Shown here piece after piece: positions 1 through 10,490 of a stretch of 64,000 bases of DNA. The DNA is from Candidatus Methylomirabilota bacterium (lineage in GTDB: Bacteria > Methylomirabilota > Methylomirabilia > Rokubacteriales > CSP1-6). The notes below the pieces were generated by a model, which was given only the letters and a program-made list of their open reading frames with translations, was not told the origin of the DNA and ran no database searches. The stretch covers positions 3,056 to 67,055 of the forward strand of contig JBKOUQ010000132.1 in NCBI GenBank assembly GCA_046723475.1, written 5' to 3'. The position numbers and the translations under genes were made by a program. Positions within the stretch are counted from its first letter, which is position 1, and every line of letters starts with the position of its first letter.

Positions 1-393
1 CGCCTCGGCACACATGATCGCCACGTGCTCGCGATGGGCCATGTCGACGAGTCGCGTGAGCTCCGCAGCGAACATATCGGTCTGCATGTAATCGGCATAG
101 GCGCGGAACGAGGGATTCCTCCACCCGCGGTTGACGGAGTCGGGGTCCTCGCGCCGGAGTCCGCCGAGCCCGGCGAAGTGCGTGTAGCCGAGCCCCGCCG
201 CCGTCAGCGCCGTGGGCAGCGTGTCGATGTTGAACTGCGGGTTGTGGCGCGACCGCGGCATCTTCCGGACGTCGGCGATGTGCGCGATGCCGTGAGCCCG
301 CACGAGCGCGACGAACGTGTCGAGCGCGTGGTTCGAGTGGCCGACGGTCCACACACGGCCAGCGTACCCGCCGGCCGGCTCCGGCGCGGGCAT
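1..393 (-). CDS. DUF488 family protein (partial; C-terminus runs off the left window edge)
   Basis: Absent from the ORF track because it has no stop in the window. The reverse complement from the ATG (CAT at 391-393) reads MPAPEPAGGYAGRVWTVGHSNHALDTFVALVRAHGIAHIADVRKMPRSRHNPQFN...FRAYADYM, which fits the DUF488 pattern as I recall it. Confidence 0.6.
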   Translation of the reverse strand, partial: MPAPEPAGGYAGRVWTVGHSNHALDTFVALVRAHGIAHIADVRKMPRSRHNPQFNIDTLPTALTAAGLGYTHFAGLGGLRREDPDSVNRGWRNPSFRAYADYMQTDMFAAELTRLVDMAHREHVAIMCAEA

Positions 394-410
394 ACGGTAA
401 AATTCGCGCG

Positions 411-1958
411 GTGGAGAGCGTTTCCGAGCACTTCAACGCCGCGGCCTTTTTCGTCGATCGCCACGTGGCCGAGGGTCGCGGCGAACGGACGGCATTTCGG
501 TTCGCCGGGCGTCGCATCGTCTACGCCGAGCTCGCCGCCGCGACGGACCGCTGCGCCAACGCCCTGGCCGGATTGGGCCTCGAGCCGCACGACCGCGTGC
601 TGCTCGCTCTGAACGACTCGCCGGCGTTTGCGGCGGCGTTCTGGGGCGCGGTGAAGCTCGGGGCCGTGACGGTGCCCGTCAACACGCTCATGACGCCGCA
701 GGAGTACGAGTTCCTTCTCACCGACAGCGGCGCGCGCCTCGCGATCGTCGACGCCGCGGTCGGGGGACGCGTGCTGGCGATCCGTCACCGCGTGCCAACA
801 CTGCGCGAGATCGTCGTGGCGGGCGGGGGCGGGCTCCCCGGCACGCACGACTTCGACGAGCTGCTCGCCGCCGCCAAGCCGACCCGCGATGCGGCGCCCA
901 CGGCCGCGGACGAGATCTGCTATTGGGGCTACACGTCCGGCTCGACCGGCACGCCGAAGGCCGCCGTGCACTCGCACGCCCACTTTCGCGCGGCCGCGGA
1001 TCTGGTGGGCATCGGCGTGTTTGGCCTCGAACCCGACGACCTCGTGTTCTCGGCGTCGAAGATGTTCTTCGCATTTGGTCTCGGCAACAGCCTCTACTTC
1101 CCGGCGCGGGTCGGCGCCGCGGCCGTGCTCGTGCCCGAGCGTATCGACGCCGAGCGCGCGTTCGACGTCATCGCGCACGAGCGACCGACCGTCTTCTTCA
1201 CCGTGCCGACGCTGTACGCGCGCATGCTCGCGATCCCGGACGCGGAACAGCGCTGGGATCTCTCGTCGCTGCGATTTTGCGTCGCGTCCGGTGAGGCGCT
1301 GCCGCCGGCGATCTTCGACGCGTGGGCCGAGCGGTTCGGGCTCGAGCTCGTCGAGGTCGTCGGCTCGACGGAGGCGCTGCACGACTTCATCGCGAACACG
1401 CCGGGCGCCGCGCGTCGCGGGCGCGCCGGCCGCGTCGTGCCCGGGTTCGAGGCCCGCGTGGTCGACGACGCGGGCGCGCCGGTGCCCGACGACACGGTGG
1501 GACACCTGCTGATCCAGGGCCCGACCACGGCGCCCTACTACTGGAACCGGGCCGACGGCACGCGCGCCACGATGCTCGGCGACTGGCTGCGCACGGGCGA
1601 CATGTTCGTGCGGGACGCCGATGGCTTCTACACGTTCGCCGGCCGCTCGAACGACATGCTGAAGGTCGCCGGGATGTGGGTGTCGCCGGTGGAGATCGAG
1701 GGCGTGCTGGCCGAGCATCCCGGCGTGCTGGAAGCGGGGGTGGTCGGCGCGCCGGACGCGGACGGGCTGACGCGTCCGCACGCGGTCGTCGTGCTCAAGG
1801 ATGGCTGGGCGCCGTCGCCGGATCTCGCCACGACGCTCGTCGAGTTCGTGCGGCGTCGCGCGGGCGGCCACCGTGCGCCGGCCACCGTCGCGTTCGCCGA
1901 CGACTTGCCGAAGACCGCGACGGGCAAGGTGCAGCGCTTTCGGCTGAGGCCGGCGTAG
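411..1958 (+). CDS. AMP-dependent synthetase/ligase, benzoate-CoA ligase-like
   Basis: 515 aa. Contains the AMP-binding signature [16 protein letters not shown] and C-terminal GKVQRF. The N-terminus (FFVDRH..GR..A) is typical of aryl-CoA ligases. Confidence 0.85.
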   Translation: MESVSEHFNAAAFFVDRHVAEGRGERTAFRFAGRRIVYAELAAATDRCANALAGLGLEPHDRVLLALNDSPAFAAAFWGAVKLGAVTVPVNTLMTPQEYEFLLTDSGARLAIVDAAVGGRVLAIRHRVPTLREIVVAGGGGLPGTHDFDELLAAAKPTRDAAPTAADEICYWGYTSGSTGTPKAAVHSHAHFRAAADLVGIGVFGLEPDDLVFSASKMFFAFGLGNSLYFPARVGAAAVLVPERIDAERAFDVIAHERPTVFFTVPTLYARMLAIPDAEQRWDLSSLRFCVASGEALPPAIFDAWAERFGLELVEVVGSTEALHDFIANTPGAARRGRAGRVVPGFEARVVDDAGAPVPDDTVGHLLIQGPTTAPYYWNRADGTRATMLGDWLRTGDMFVRDADGFYTFAGRSNDMLKVAGMWVSPVEIEGVLAEHPGVLEAGVVGAPDADGLTRPHAVVVLKDGWAPSPDLATTLVEFVRRRAGGHRAPATVAFADDLPKTATGKVQRFRLRPA

Positions 1959-1959
1959 C

Positions 1960-2733
1960 ATGCGCGTCGTCGTCGAGCGCGTGTCCAAGGTGTACGGCGA
2001 TCGCGCCGGTCACGCCGTGCGCGCGCTCGACGGCATCGATCTGGTCGTGGAGTCCGAGGAATTCGTGGCGGTCCTCGGCCCGTCCGGATGCGGCAAGTCG
2101 ACGCTGCTCAACCTGATCGCGGGCCTGCTCGCGCCGACCGAGGGCGCGATCTGGCTTGACGGCGAGCTGCCGCCGGGCCGCGCGGCGACGGCCATGGTGT
2201 TCCAGGAGTTCGCGCTGTTTCCGTGGCGGACGGTGCAGGCGAACGTCGAGTTCGGGCTCGAGGAGATGGGCATCGCGGCCGATGAGCGCCGCCGCCGCGC
2301 GCGCCGGTATGTCGACATGACCGGCCTCACGGGCTTCGAGACGAAATATCCGCACGAGCTGTCGGGCGGCATGCGGCAGCGCGTCGGCATCGCGCGCGCG
2401 CTCGCCGTCGAGCCGGCGGTGCTGCTGATGGACGAGCCGTTCTCCGCGCTCGACGCGCAGACGCGACAGCTCATGCAAGAGGAGCTGCTTGCGATCTGGG
2501 AGCGCACGCGCAAGACGATCGTGTACGTCACCCACAACCTCCACGAGGCGGTCTACATGGCGGATCGCGTCGTCGTCCTCTCGCGACGGCCAGGGCGGGT
2601 GCTCGCCGAGGTGAAGGTCGAGCTTCCGCGGCCGCGCGCGGAGTCGATGATCGGCGAGCCGGCGTTCGTGCAGGCGGTCGAGCGTATCTGGGCGCTCATC
2701 CGCGACCAGGCGAAACAGGCGCTGCGTGAATAA
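1960..2733 (+). CDS. ABC transporter ATP-binding protein (NitT/TauT nitrate/sulfonate/bicarbonate type)
   Basis: Walker [10 protein letters not shown], signature LSGGMRQRV, Walker [12 protein letters not shown]. Starts 2 nt after the upstream stop. Confidence 0.9.
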   Translation: MRVVVERVSKVYGDRAGHAVRALDGIDLVVESEEFVAVLGPSGCGKSTLLNLIAGLLAPTEGAIWLDGELPPGRAATAMVFQEFALFPWRTVQANVEFGLEEMGIAADERRRRARRYVDMTGLTGFETKYPHELSGGMRQRVGIARALAVEPAVLLMDEPFSALDAQTRQLMQEELLAIWERTRKTIVYVTHNLHEAVYMADRVVVLSRRPGRVLAEVKVELPRPRAESMIGEPAFVQAVERIWALIRDQAKQALRE

Positions 2734-3532
2734 CGTCCGGAGCACCCGGATTGCCGTCGTCAATCGGGCGGCGTTCCTGACACGCCGGCAGTATCGCGGG
2801 CTGCGGGTCGTCGCGCTGCTCGGCCTGCTTGTCGCGTGGGAGCTGCTCGCGCGCACAGGTCGCGTGCCCGTGCTGTTTCTGCCCTCTCCGCTCGGCGTGC
2901 TGGCCGAAGGCGTCGAGATGCTGCGCTCGGGTGAGCTGCTCGGCCACCTCGCGGCGAGCCTCGAGCGCCTGGTGCTCGGCTTCGCATTGGGCGCGACGGC
3001 CGGCGTCGTCGTCGGAGTCGCCGTCGGCTTCTTCGCGGCGGCGGAGGCGGTCGGCACGCCGCTACTGGCCGCGACGTTTCCGATTCCGAAGATCGCGCTG
3101 CTGCCGCTGCTGATCCTGTGGCTTGGGCTGGGCGAGCCGTCGAAAGTGGCCGTGATCGCGCTCGGCGTGTTCTTCCCGATGGCGATCAACACCTTCACGG
3201 GCGTGCGGCAGGCCGACCCGCTGCTCGTGCGCGCGGCGGTGGCATTCGGTGCGCGGCGCTGGTCGATCATCCGCAAGGTGATCCTGCCGTCCGCGCTGCC
3301 GATGATCTTCGCGGGGCTTCGGCTCGGGGCGGGGACGGCGCTCCTGCTCCTCGTGGCGGCGGAGATGATCGCCGTGGAGTCCGGCATCGGCTTTCTCGTC
3401 CTGCACGCCGGCAACCTGATGCAGACGACGAAGCTGATGGTCGGCATCGTCGTGCTCTCGCTGCTCGGCGTGCTGTCGCACTGGGGCCTCGGCCGGCTCG
3501 AGCGCGCGGCGATTCCCTGGCGGACCAGCTGA
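2726..3532 (+). CDS. ABC transporter permease (NitT/TauT type)
   Basis: 268 aa with multiple hydrophobic spans and a BPD-transporter-like loop (..[23 protein letters not shown]). Overlaps the ATPase gene by 8 nt. Confidence 0.85.
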   Translation: MNNVRSTRIAVVNRAAFLTRRQYRGLRVVALLGLLVAWELLARTGRVPVLFLPSPLGVLAEGVEMLRSGELLGHLAASLERLVLGFALGATAGVVVGVAVGFFAAAEAVGTPLLAATFPIPKIALLPLLILWLGLGEPSKVAVIALGVFFPMAINTFTGVRQADPLLVRAAVAFGARRWSIIRKVILPSALPMIFAGLRLGAGTALLLLVAAEMIAVESGIGFLVLHAGNLMQTTKLMVGIVVLSLLGVLSHWGLGRLERAAIPWRTS

Positions 3533-3568
3533 GGCGAACACGTGAGGAAACGAGGTGACGGAGTGATC

Positions 3569-4561
3569 ATGCGACGCGGCATTCTCGTTGTCGCCGCGCT
3601 CGTGCTGCTGACGTCGAGCGCACACGCGCAAGACCGACCCAAGGTCGGTGTGCTGAAGCTCACGGCCTCGGCGCCGATCTTCGTCGGCGTCGAGAAGGGA
3701 TTCTTCAAGGCGTTCGGCGTCGACCCCGAGCTCGTCTACTTCCAGGCGGCGGCGCCGATCTCGACGGCGATCGCCGCCGGCCAGGTCGACGTCGGCGCCA
3801 CCGGCCTCACGGCCGCCACGTTCAACATCGTGCTCGGCGGCGAGCCGATGTGGATCGTCGCGGACAAAGGCCGGGAATGGCCCGATCACCGGCTCACCGC
3901 GATCGTGGTGCAGCGCGATCTGTACGACGCCGGCGTGCGAACCGTCGGGGCGCTGAAAGGCAAGCGCATCGGCATCACGCAGCTCGGCTCGACGTTCCAC
4001 TATCAGATCGGCAACGTGCTCGAAAAGGAGGGCATGACACTCAAGGACGTGACGCTCGTGCCGCTGCAGGCCATGCCCGCGGCGCTCGAGGCGTTGAAGG
4101 GCAGGCAGATCGATGCGGTCGTCCTTCCGCAGCCGTTTCCCGGGCGCGCCGAGGCCGACGGCTTCGGACGCGTCATCGCCTGGGGCGGCGACCTCTTTCC
4201 CTGGCAGATCGCGACCGTCTTCTATTCGAAGAAATTCGCCGCCGACCGCGCACGTGCGGTGAACTTCATGAAGGGCTACGTCAAGTCGTCGCGCTACTAC
4301 TACGACGCCGTGCTCGCCGGCAAGACGGGCGCCGCGTATGACGAGGTCGTCGCGATCACGGCGCGCTACACGGGGGCGCCGGAGAGCGTGATCAAGCTCG
4401 GGCTGCCGTACCAGGACCGCAACGGCCGGCTGTGGGTCGACGACATCCAGCGCCAGATGACGTGGTGGCAGCGTCACGGCTTCATCAAAGCGACCATTCC
4501 GCTGAAGGACATCGTCGACACGTCGTTCGTGGAGGCGGCGGTGAAGGCGCTCGGCGATTAG
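3569..4561 (+). CDS. ABC transporter substrate-binding protein (NMT1/THI5-like)
   Basis: Signal peptide MRRGILVVAALVLLTSSAHA. I prefer the ATG at 3569 over the GTG at 3542. Sits in the operon with the preceding ATPase and permease. Confidence 0.8.
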   Translation: MRRGILVVAALVLLTSSAHAQDRPKVGVLKLTASAPIFVGVEKGFFKAFGVDPELVYFQAAAPISTAIAAGQVDVGATGLTAATFNIVLGGEPMWIVADKGREWPDHRLTAIVVQRDLYDAGVRTVGALKGKRIGITQLGSTFHYQIGNVLEKEGMTLKDVTLVPLQAMPAALEALKGRQIDAVVLPQPFPGRAEADGFGRVIAWGGDLFPWQIATVFYSKKFAADRARAVNFMKGYVKSSRYYYDAVLAGKTGAAYDEVVAITARYTGAPESVIKLGLPYQDRNGRLWVDDIQRQMTWWQRHGFIKATIPLKDIVDTSFVEAAVKALGD

Positions 4562-4577
4562 CAGTATCATCGACCGG

Positions 4578-6101
4578 ATGCGGATCAAGAAGGTGCTCGT
4601 CGCCAATCGCGGAGAGATCGCCGTGCGCGTGCTGCGCGCGTGCCGCGAGCTGGGGATCGCGACCGTCGCCGTCTATTCCGAGCCCGATCGCGAGGCGCTG
4701 CACGTGCAGATGGCCGACGAGGCCTACGCGATCGGACCCGCGGCGCCGACCGAGAGTTACCTGGTCATCGATCGCCTGGTGGAAACCGCGCGGCGCGCGG
4801 GCGCGGACGCGGTGCACCCGGGCTATGGCTTTCTCTCCGAGAACTCCGCTTTCGCCGAGGCGTGCGCGCGCGCCGGATTGACGTTCGTGGGCCCGCCGGC
4901 GGCGGCCATGCGCGCGGTCGGCAGCAAGACGGCGGCGCGGCGGCTGGCGCGAGAGAACGGTGTGCCGATGGTGCCGGGCACCGTCGATCCCGTCGCGAGC
5001 GACGCCGAGGCGGCACGCGTCGCGGGCGAGATCGGATATCCCGTGATGCTGAAGGCGGCGATGGGCGGTGGCGGCAAGGGCATGCGTCTGGTGCGCCGCG
5101 CCGAGGATCTCCCGGAGGCACTCCGCGCCGCACGCGCCGAGGCCGGCGCCGCGTTCGGCGACGCCGCCGTGTATTTCGAGCGCGCGCTCACGGCGCCGCG
5201 GCACGTCGAGATCCAGATCCTGGCCGACACCCACGGACACGTGATTCACCTCGGTGAGCGCGAGTGCTCGATCCAGCGACGGCACCAGAAGCTGATCGAG
5301 GAGAGCCCCTCGCCCCTCGTCGACGTGGCGCTCCGCACTCGCATGGGCGAGGCGGCGTGCCGGCTGGCCGGGGCCGCGGGCTACGTCAACGCGGGCACCG
5401 TCGAGTTTCTCGTCGATGCCGACCGCAACTTCTACTTCCTCGAGATGAATACGCGCCTGCAGGTCGAGCATCCGGTGACCGAGATGGTGACCGGTGTCGA
5501 TCTGGTGCGCGAGCAGCTGCGCATCGCCGCGGGCGAACCTCTCGGGTTCGCGCAGGCGGACGTCAGCTGGCGCGGCTGGGCCATCGAGTGTCGCGTCAAC
5601 GCCGAGGATCCGTTCGCCGGCTGGCTGCCGTCGCCCGGCACCATCACCGGGTTGCAGACGCCGGCGGGGCCCTGGGTGCGGGATGACAGCGGCGTGTATC
5701 TCGGCTACACCGTGCCGCGGTTCTACGACACGCTGCTCAGCAAGCTCATCGTGTGGGGCGCCGACCGCGCGGCGGCCTGCGATCGCATGGCGCGCGCGCT
5801 CGCCGAGTATCGGGTCGTTGGTGTGCGAACGACGATTCCGGCGCTGGCGGCGATCGTCGCTCACCCGGACTTCCGGGCGGGCCGCCTGTCAACGGCGTTC
5901 CTCGAGCAGGTGCTGCCCGAATTCGGAGGCGGCGAGCGGCGCTTCGCCCCGATCGCAGTCATTGCGGCCGTGCTCGACCAGCACCACCGCACGCGACACG
6001 CCACGACTGGTGTCGCGCCGAGCGACGGGACGTCGGCGGCGTGGCGGCTCGGGATGCGTCCCGGGTGGGCCGGAGGATCGTGGGCGGGCCAGCCATCGTG
6101 A
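4578..6101 (+). CDS. accC: Biotin carboxylase domain of an acyl-CoA carboxylase alpha subunit (BC plus start of the BT linker)
   Basis: Starts MRIKKVLVANRGEIAVRV. Contains the ATP-grasp motifs GYPVMLKAAMGGGGKGMR and EMNTRLQVEHPVTE. At 507 aa it is about 55 aa longer than a stand-alone AccC. Confidence 0.9.
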   Translation: MRIKKVLVANRGEIAVRVLRACRELGIATVAVYSEPDREALHVQMADEAYAIGPAAPTESYLVIDRLVETARRAGADAVHPGYGFLSENSAFAEACARAGLTFVGPPAAAMRAVGSKTAARRLARENGVPMVPGTVDPVASDAEAARVAGEIGYPVMLKAAMGGGGKGMRLVRRAEDLPEALRAARAEAGAAFGDAAVYFERALTAPRHVEIQILADTHGHVIHLGERECSIQRRHQKLIEESPSPLVDVALRTRMGEAACRLAGAAGYVNAGTVEFLVDADRNFYFLEMNTRLQVEHPVTEMVTGVDLVREQLRIAAGEPLGFAQADVSWRGWAIECRVNAEDPFAGWLPSPGTITGLQTPAGPWVRDDSGVYLGYTVPRFYDTLLSKLIVWGADRAAACDRMARALAEYRVVGVRTTIPALAAIVAHPDFRAGRLSTAFLEQVLPEFGGGERRFAPIAVIAAVLDQHHRTRHATTGVAPSDGTSAAWRLGMRPGWAGGSWAGQPS

Positions 6102-6598
6102 AATACGTCGCCATGGTCAACGACGAGAGCCGGGTGGTCGAGCTCGCGGGCGGGGACGATCGCTATCGCGTCACCATCGGCGACGACGCGTGGGACGTCG
6201 ACGCCCGACGCACGCCGGCCGGCCTGTACTCGCTGCTGATCGACGGCGTCTCGTACACCGCGATGGTCTTCGAGCGCGACGGGGTGTCGGTGGTCGAGGT
6301 TGGGGGCGAGTGGTACGAGATCGCTGTCGAGGACCAGACGCGCCACATCATCCGCACCCACGGCGGGACGGCGGGCGGCGCGCGAAGCCGCACGCTGACG
6401 GCGCCGCTTCCGGGTAAGATCAGCCGCGTCGCCGTCGGGCCGGGAGACACGGTCCAGGCAGGCGAGACGCTGCTGGTGATCGAAGCGATGAAGATGGAGA
6501 ACGAGTTCAAGGCCGTCGGGGCCGGCACGGTCGCCGAGGTCCGCGTCACCGTTGGACAGACGGTGAATGCGGGCGACGTGCTGATCGTGATGGGGTGA
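6098..6598 (+). CDS. Biotin carboxyl carrier / biotinyl-lipoyl domain protein (C-terminal part of a PCC/MCC-type alpha subunit)
   Basis: Biotinylation motif EAMKMENE near the C-terminus. The GTG at 6098 overlaps the accC stop as GTGA (alternative ATG at 6113). The 5' part of track ORF 5753..6598 is a shadow of accC. Confidence 0.75.
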   Translation: MKYVAMVNDESRVVELAGGDDRYRVTIGDDAWDVDARRTPAGLYSLLIDGVSYTAMVFERDGVSVVEVGGEWYEIAVEDQTRHIIRTHGGTAGGARSRTLTAPLPGKISRVAVGPGDTVQAGETLLVIEAMKMENEFKAVGAGTVAEVRVTVGQTVNAGDVLIVMG

Positions 6599-6599
6599 G

Positions 6600-7910
6600 A
6601 TGTCGGGCATGACGATGGATCGGTACGGTAACGCGTTCGCGCCCGGGCTGCCGTATGCCCGTGGCTCGATCATCCGCTCCACCGAGGATGACTTCGTCAA
6701 GCTGGAGCGCGCGCGATCGGTGATCGCGCGGCGCATCGCGGACCGCGGTCCCGAATCGATCTTCAACTTTTCGGGGCTCGAGCGCGGCCTGCCGCTTTCG
6801 CCGCAGGAGCTTCCGCTGGCCGACGACGAGATCGCGCCGGCGCTGGCCGGCGAGCACGTACACGCGCTCGCGCTTCAGCATCTGGGCGGCGATCCGGCCC
6901 GCCACGACGTCATGCTGTTCAACCGGCTCACCGCCGCGACGTTCGGCACGCATCTCGCGCTCGTGACCCCGGGCGACACCGTCGTCGGGCTTTCGCCGAC
7001 GTACACCCATCCCACGGTGATCCGTTCCGCGCGTCAGTGCGGAGCCCGCTTCGTCGAGGCGGGCGATCTGGCGGGCCTCGAGACCGCGCTCGCGGGCGAG
7101 CCGCGCGTGACGCTCGTCGTCCTCACGCGATTGGCCGTGACGTACGACCTGCTGCCGCTGCCGACGGCCCGCGAGGCGGTGCGGCTCGCGCACGCGCGCG
7201 GCGCGCGCGTCTACGTCGACGACGCCGGGGGCGCGCGTGTGGGCCCGGCCGTCTTCGAGCAGCCGCGAACGCTGGAGCTCGGCGCGGATCTCGGCGCCAC
7301 CGGACTCGACAAGTACGGGACCGTCGGACCCCGGCTCGGACTGCTCGCGGGAGACGCCGCGCTGGTGGCCGCCATCCGGGCGCGGGCATTCGAGTTCGGC
7401 CTCGAGGCGCGACCGATGCTCTATCCCGCGGTCGTGCGCTCGCTCGCCGGATATCGACCCGAGCGCGTACGCGAGCTCGTGCAGACGACGCGGACGGTGG
7501 CCGAGGCGCTGCGCGGCGTTTTCGGCGCGCGGCTGCACGTGACGCCGGTGACCGCGCAGCTGCGCGCCGACGACCTGCTCGCGCTGGCGATGGAGCGCGC
7601 CCGGATGACGACGCCCCCGATCGTGCCGATCGAGGCGACGGCCGCGCTCGCCATGCTGCTGCTGGAGGACTACGGTGTCCTGACGGTGCATTTCGCGGGG
7701 ATGCCGCCCGGAACCTCGAGTCTGCTGCTGAAGTTCATCCCACCAGAGACGCTCGAGCGCTTCGGTGGCGCCGACGCGCTCGCCAAGGCCGTCGACGCGT
7801 CGGTCGATCGCCTCGCCGCGCTCTTGCACGATCGCGCGGCGTTCACCGCGCTGCTCCTCGGCGCCGGCGCGCAGAGCGGCGACCGGGGCGCGTCCGTGCC
7901 CCGCGACTGA
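6600..7910 (+). CDS. PLP-dependent enzyme, SelA-like fold (function unknown)
   Basis: 436 aa. The motif [19 protein letters not shown] resembles the SelA PLP-lysine region (DKLLGGPQAGII). The start is 1 nt after the upstream stop, and the stop overlaps the next ATG. Confidence 0.5.
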   Translation: MSGMTMDRYGNAFAPGLPYARGSIIRSTEDDFVKLERARSVIARRIADRGPESIFNFSGLERGLPLSPQELPLADDEIAPALAGEHVHALALQHLGGDPARHDVMLFNRLTAATFGTHLALVTPGDTVVGLSPTYTHPTVIRSARQCGARFVEAGDLAGLETALAGEPRVTLVVLTRLAVTYDLLPLPTAREAVRLAHARGARVYVDDAGGARVGPAVFEQPRTLELGADLGATGLDKYGTVGPRLGLLAGDAALVAAIRARAFEFGLEARPMLYPAVVRSLAGYRPERVRELVQTTRTVAEALRGVFGARLHVTPVTAQLRADDLLALAMERARMTTPPIVPIEATAALAMLLLEDYGVLTVHFAGMPPGTSSLLLKFIPPETLERFGGADALAKAVDASVDRLAALLHDRAAFTALLLGAGAQSGDRGASVPRD

Positions 7911-8653
7911 TGGCGTCGGCACCGGCGATCGTCTTCAAGGACGTCGACAAATGGTTCGGCAAGCTGCACGTGTTGCGGAAGATCAATCTCGCGGTCGCCA
8001 CCGGCGAAGTGGTGGTCGTGTGCGGACCGTCGGGCTCGGGAAAGTCGACGCTCATCCGCTGCGTCAACGGACTCGAGCGTGTGCAGACGGGCGACATCGC
8101 GGTCCTGGGCGAGTCGATCACGGGCCGCGGCGTGAATCTGCCGGGCTTGCGGACACGCGTCGGCATGGTCTTTCAGTCGTTCAATCTGTTCCCGCACATG
8201 ACGGCGCTCGAGAACATCATGCTGGCGCCGATGAAAGTGCGGAAGCTGTCGCGCGCGGACGCGGGGAACACGGCGCGGACGCTGCTGGCGCGAGTCGGTC
8301 TCGCCGAGAAAGCGGACAACTATCCGGCGAATCTCTCCGGCGGCCAGCAGCAGCGCGTGGCGATCGCGCGCGCGCTCGCCATGCAGCCGAAGATCATGCT
8401 GTTCGACGAGCCGACGTCCGCGCTCGATCCGGAGATGATCAACGAGGTGCTGGACGTCATGACCACGCTGGCCCGCGACGGCATGACGATGATGTGTGTC
8501 ACGCACGAGATGGGGTTTGCCCGCCGCGTCGCCCACCGCGTCGTCTTCATGGACGAGGGGCAGGTGGTCGAGGAGGGGACGCCCCAGCAGTTCTTTGCCG
8601 CGCCCAAATCGGATCGCGGCAAGCAGTTCCTGTCCAAGATTCTCACCCATTGA
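7910..8653 (+). CDS. Polar amino acid ABC transporter ATP-binding protein (GlnQ-like)
   Basis: [17 protein letters not shown].., Walker [39 protein letters not shown] overlap with the upstream gene. The track ORF from 7037 is an upstream shadow extension. Confidence 0.9.
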   Translation: MASAPAIVFKDVDKWFGKLHVLRKINLAVATGEVVVVCGPSGSGKSTLIRCVNGLERVQTGDIAVLGESITGRGVNLPGLRTRVGMVFQSFNLFPHMTALENIMLAPMKVRKLSRADAGNTARTLLARVGLAEKADNYPANLSGGQQQRVAIARALAMQPKIMLFDEPTSALDPEMINEVLDVMTTLARDGMTMMCVTHEMGFARRVAHRVVFMDEGQVVEEGTPQQFFAAPKSDRGKQFLSKILTH

Positions 8654-8663
8654 CGGAGGACTC

Positions 8664-9521
8664 ATGAAGAGGACGCTCGCATTCGTGCTCGTGGCGGTGG
8701 TCGCCGTCGCCCTGGCGACGCCGGCCCTCGCGGAGCAAGACACGCTCGAGAAGATCAAGTCGACCGGCGTGCTGACGATCGGCACGCGGACCGGCTCGCC
8801 GCCGTTCGCGTACATCAACAAGCAGAACGAGTGGGTCGGCTTCAGCATCGACCTCGTCGAGATGGTCGTGAAGCCGTCCGTTGAGAAGGCCGTCGGTCGG
8901 CAGATCAAGATCGAGAAGAAGGAATCGACGCCGCCGACGCGGATCCCGCTGCTCACCTCGAATGCCGTGGATCTCATCGCCGGCACGATGACCGACACGC
9001 CGGAGCGCCGACAGTCGGTCGACTTCAGCTACACGTTCTTCTATACGGGCGCGCAGTTCCTGGTGAAGAAGGGCAGTCCGATCCACGGCGTCAACGACAT
9101 TGGCGGCAAGCGCATCGCCTCGCAGCAGGGCTCGACCAACGCGAAGATCATCCGCGAGAAGTATCCGCAGGCGCAGCTGCGCGAATTCCCCGACCAGCCG
9201 GCGGCGTTCCAGGCGCTGCTGCAGGGACAGGTCGACGCGTACACGAACGACGGCATCCAGCTCGCCGGCCTGAAGGTGAAGGCGCCGAACCCGAACGACT
9301 GGGAGGTCGTCGGCGATTTCTACTCCGAGGAGCCGTACGGCATGGCCATGCGCAAGGGAGACGCCAAGTTCAAGGCCGCCGTCGACGCGGGCCTCAAGCA
9401 GGCGTTCGAGTCGGGCAAGTACTTCGAGATCTATGAGAAGTGGTTCGGGCCGAAGGGCGAGCTGCCGTACCCGATGACGCCGCAGGTGAAAACCTATCTG
9501 CTGAAGCAGATCGGCAAGTAA
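8664..9521 (+). CDS. Amino acid ABC transporter substrate-binding protein
   Basis: Signal peptide MKRTLAFVLVAVVAVALATPALA, RBS GGAGGA upstream, and family-3 SBP-like sequence (GTRTGSPPFAY..). Confidence 0.9.
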   Translation: MKRTLAFVLVAVVAVALATPALAEQDTLEKIKSTGVLTIGTRTGSPPFAYINKQNEWVGFSIDLVEMVVKPSVEKAVGRQIKIEKKESTPPTRIPLLTSNAVDLIAGTMTDTPERRQSVDFSYTFFYTGAQFLVKKGSPIHGVNDIGGKRIASQQGSTNAKIIREKYPQAQLREFPDQPAAFQALLQGQVDAYTNDGIQLAGLKVKAPNPNDWEVVGDFYSEEPYGMAMRKGDAKFKAAVDAGLKQAFESGKYFEIYEKWFGPKGELPYPMTPQVKTYLLKQIGK

Positions 9522-9555
9522 GGATCGCGGCCTGAACTATACCTTCAAGTGGAGC

Positions 9556-10254
9556 GTGCTCTGGACCGGCCAGTCGGGCCACTGGCTGCTCCAGGGCCTG
9601 CTCACCACGCTCGAGCTGTCGGCGCTGGCGTGGCTGCTCGCGGTCGCGCTCGGCATTCTGTCGGGCGCGCTCCGCACCGTTCGGTTTCTGCCGCTGCGCG
9701 TGCTCGCCACCGCGTACGTCGAGTTCTTCCGCAACGTGCCGCTGCTCGTCTGGATGTTCTTCTGGTATTTCGGCGTGCCGCCGCTGCTGCCGCGCGGGAT
9801 CCAGGACTGGCTCTATAACCACGGTGCCGAGTTCTGGGCCGGGATGCTGGCGCTCGGCGTCTACCACGGCGCGCGCATGTCGGAGGTGATCCGCTCCGGC
9901 ATCCAGTCGATCCCGCGCACGCAGTTCGAGGCGTCGGTGGCCATGGGGCTGACGACGTTCCAGGCCTACCGGCTCATCATCATCCCGGTGGCGCTGCGGC
10001 TCATCGTTCCGCCCGGCACGAACGAGTCGCTGAATCTGCTCAAGAATTCGTCGGTCGCCCTCACCATCAGCGTCGCCGAGCTCACGTTTCAGACCCGTCA
10101 GATCGAGACGTACACCGCGAAGGCGATCGAGGCGCTGACGGCCGGAACGGTGATCTATCTCGTGCTGTGTCTGTCGATCGCCACGATCATGGCGCGGGTC
10201 GAGCGGCACTTCGCCATCCCGGGCCTCATCGCCCGCGTCGGTCCCGCCGCCTGA
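9556..10254 (+). CDS. Amino acid ABC transporter permease (His/Glu/Gln/Arg/opine family)
   Basis: Typical N-terminus (..FKWSVLW..LLQGLLTTLELS) and an EAA-like loop. The true start may lie a few codons upstream (in-frame CTG at 9532). Confidence 0.85.
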   Translation: MLWTGQSGHWLLQGLLTTLELSALAWLLAVALGILSGALRTVRFLPLRVLATAYVEFFRNVPLLVWMFFWYFGVPPLLPRGIQDWLYNHGAEFWAGMLALGVYHGARMSEVIRSGIQSIPRTQFEASVAMGLTTFQAYRLIIIPVALRLIVPPGTNESLNLLKNSSVALTISVAELTFQTRQIETYTAKAIEALTAGTVIYLVLCLSIATIMARVERHFAIPGLIARVGPAA

Positions 10255-10299
10255 TGCGCGCCGCCGGAGTCGGTCGTGGCTTGTGGATGTGGCGCAGCG

Positions 10300-10490
10300 A
10301 CGGTGCGGGCGCCATCATGGCGCGCCGTCGTCGCCGCACGAAGCGCAGGACGGGACGAGCGACGCCGCTGCGGACTGGCTGGCCGCAAAGCAACCCCCGC
10401 TGGGGGATGGGGGGTGAGCGAGTCCCGTCCGAGCGAGTTGCGGCGTACAGGCGAGCCATGCCGGCGCCCGCGGCGTTCGCTGCGGCGCAT
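10300..10490. repeat. Long imperfect nested palindrome inside the ABC operon intergenic gap
   Basis: Outer arms gcgcagcgacggtgcgggcgcc / ggcgcccgcggcgttcgctgcggcgc. Inner arms ..gcaggacgggacgagcgac / gtgagcgagtcccgtccgagc. Centre cccccgctggggg. Confidence 0.5.

Noticed and set aside
204-3708. Very long minus-strand ORFs (204..1988, 1795..3708) antisense to the CoA ligase and ABC genes
   Set aside because: They have Arg/Ala/Pro/Gly-dominated composition with no motifs. They mirror well-supported plus-strand genes, which is typical of shadow ORFs in ~70% GC DNA.
7037-7909. N-terminal 290-aa extension of the GlnQ-like ORF, and similar 5' extensions of track ORFs 8496, 40269, 45267, 46217, 53910 and 57963..58868
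   Set aside because: The extensions are Arg/Ala-rich, overlap upstream genes or repeat elements, and internal starts with an RBS or stop-start overlap fit much better.
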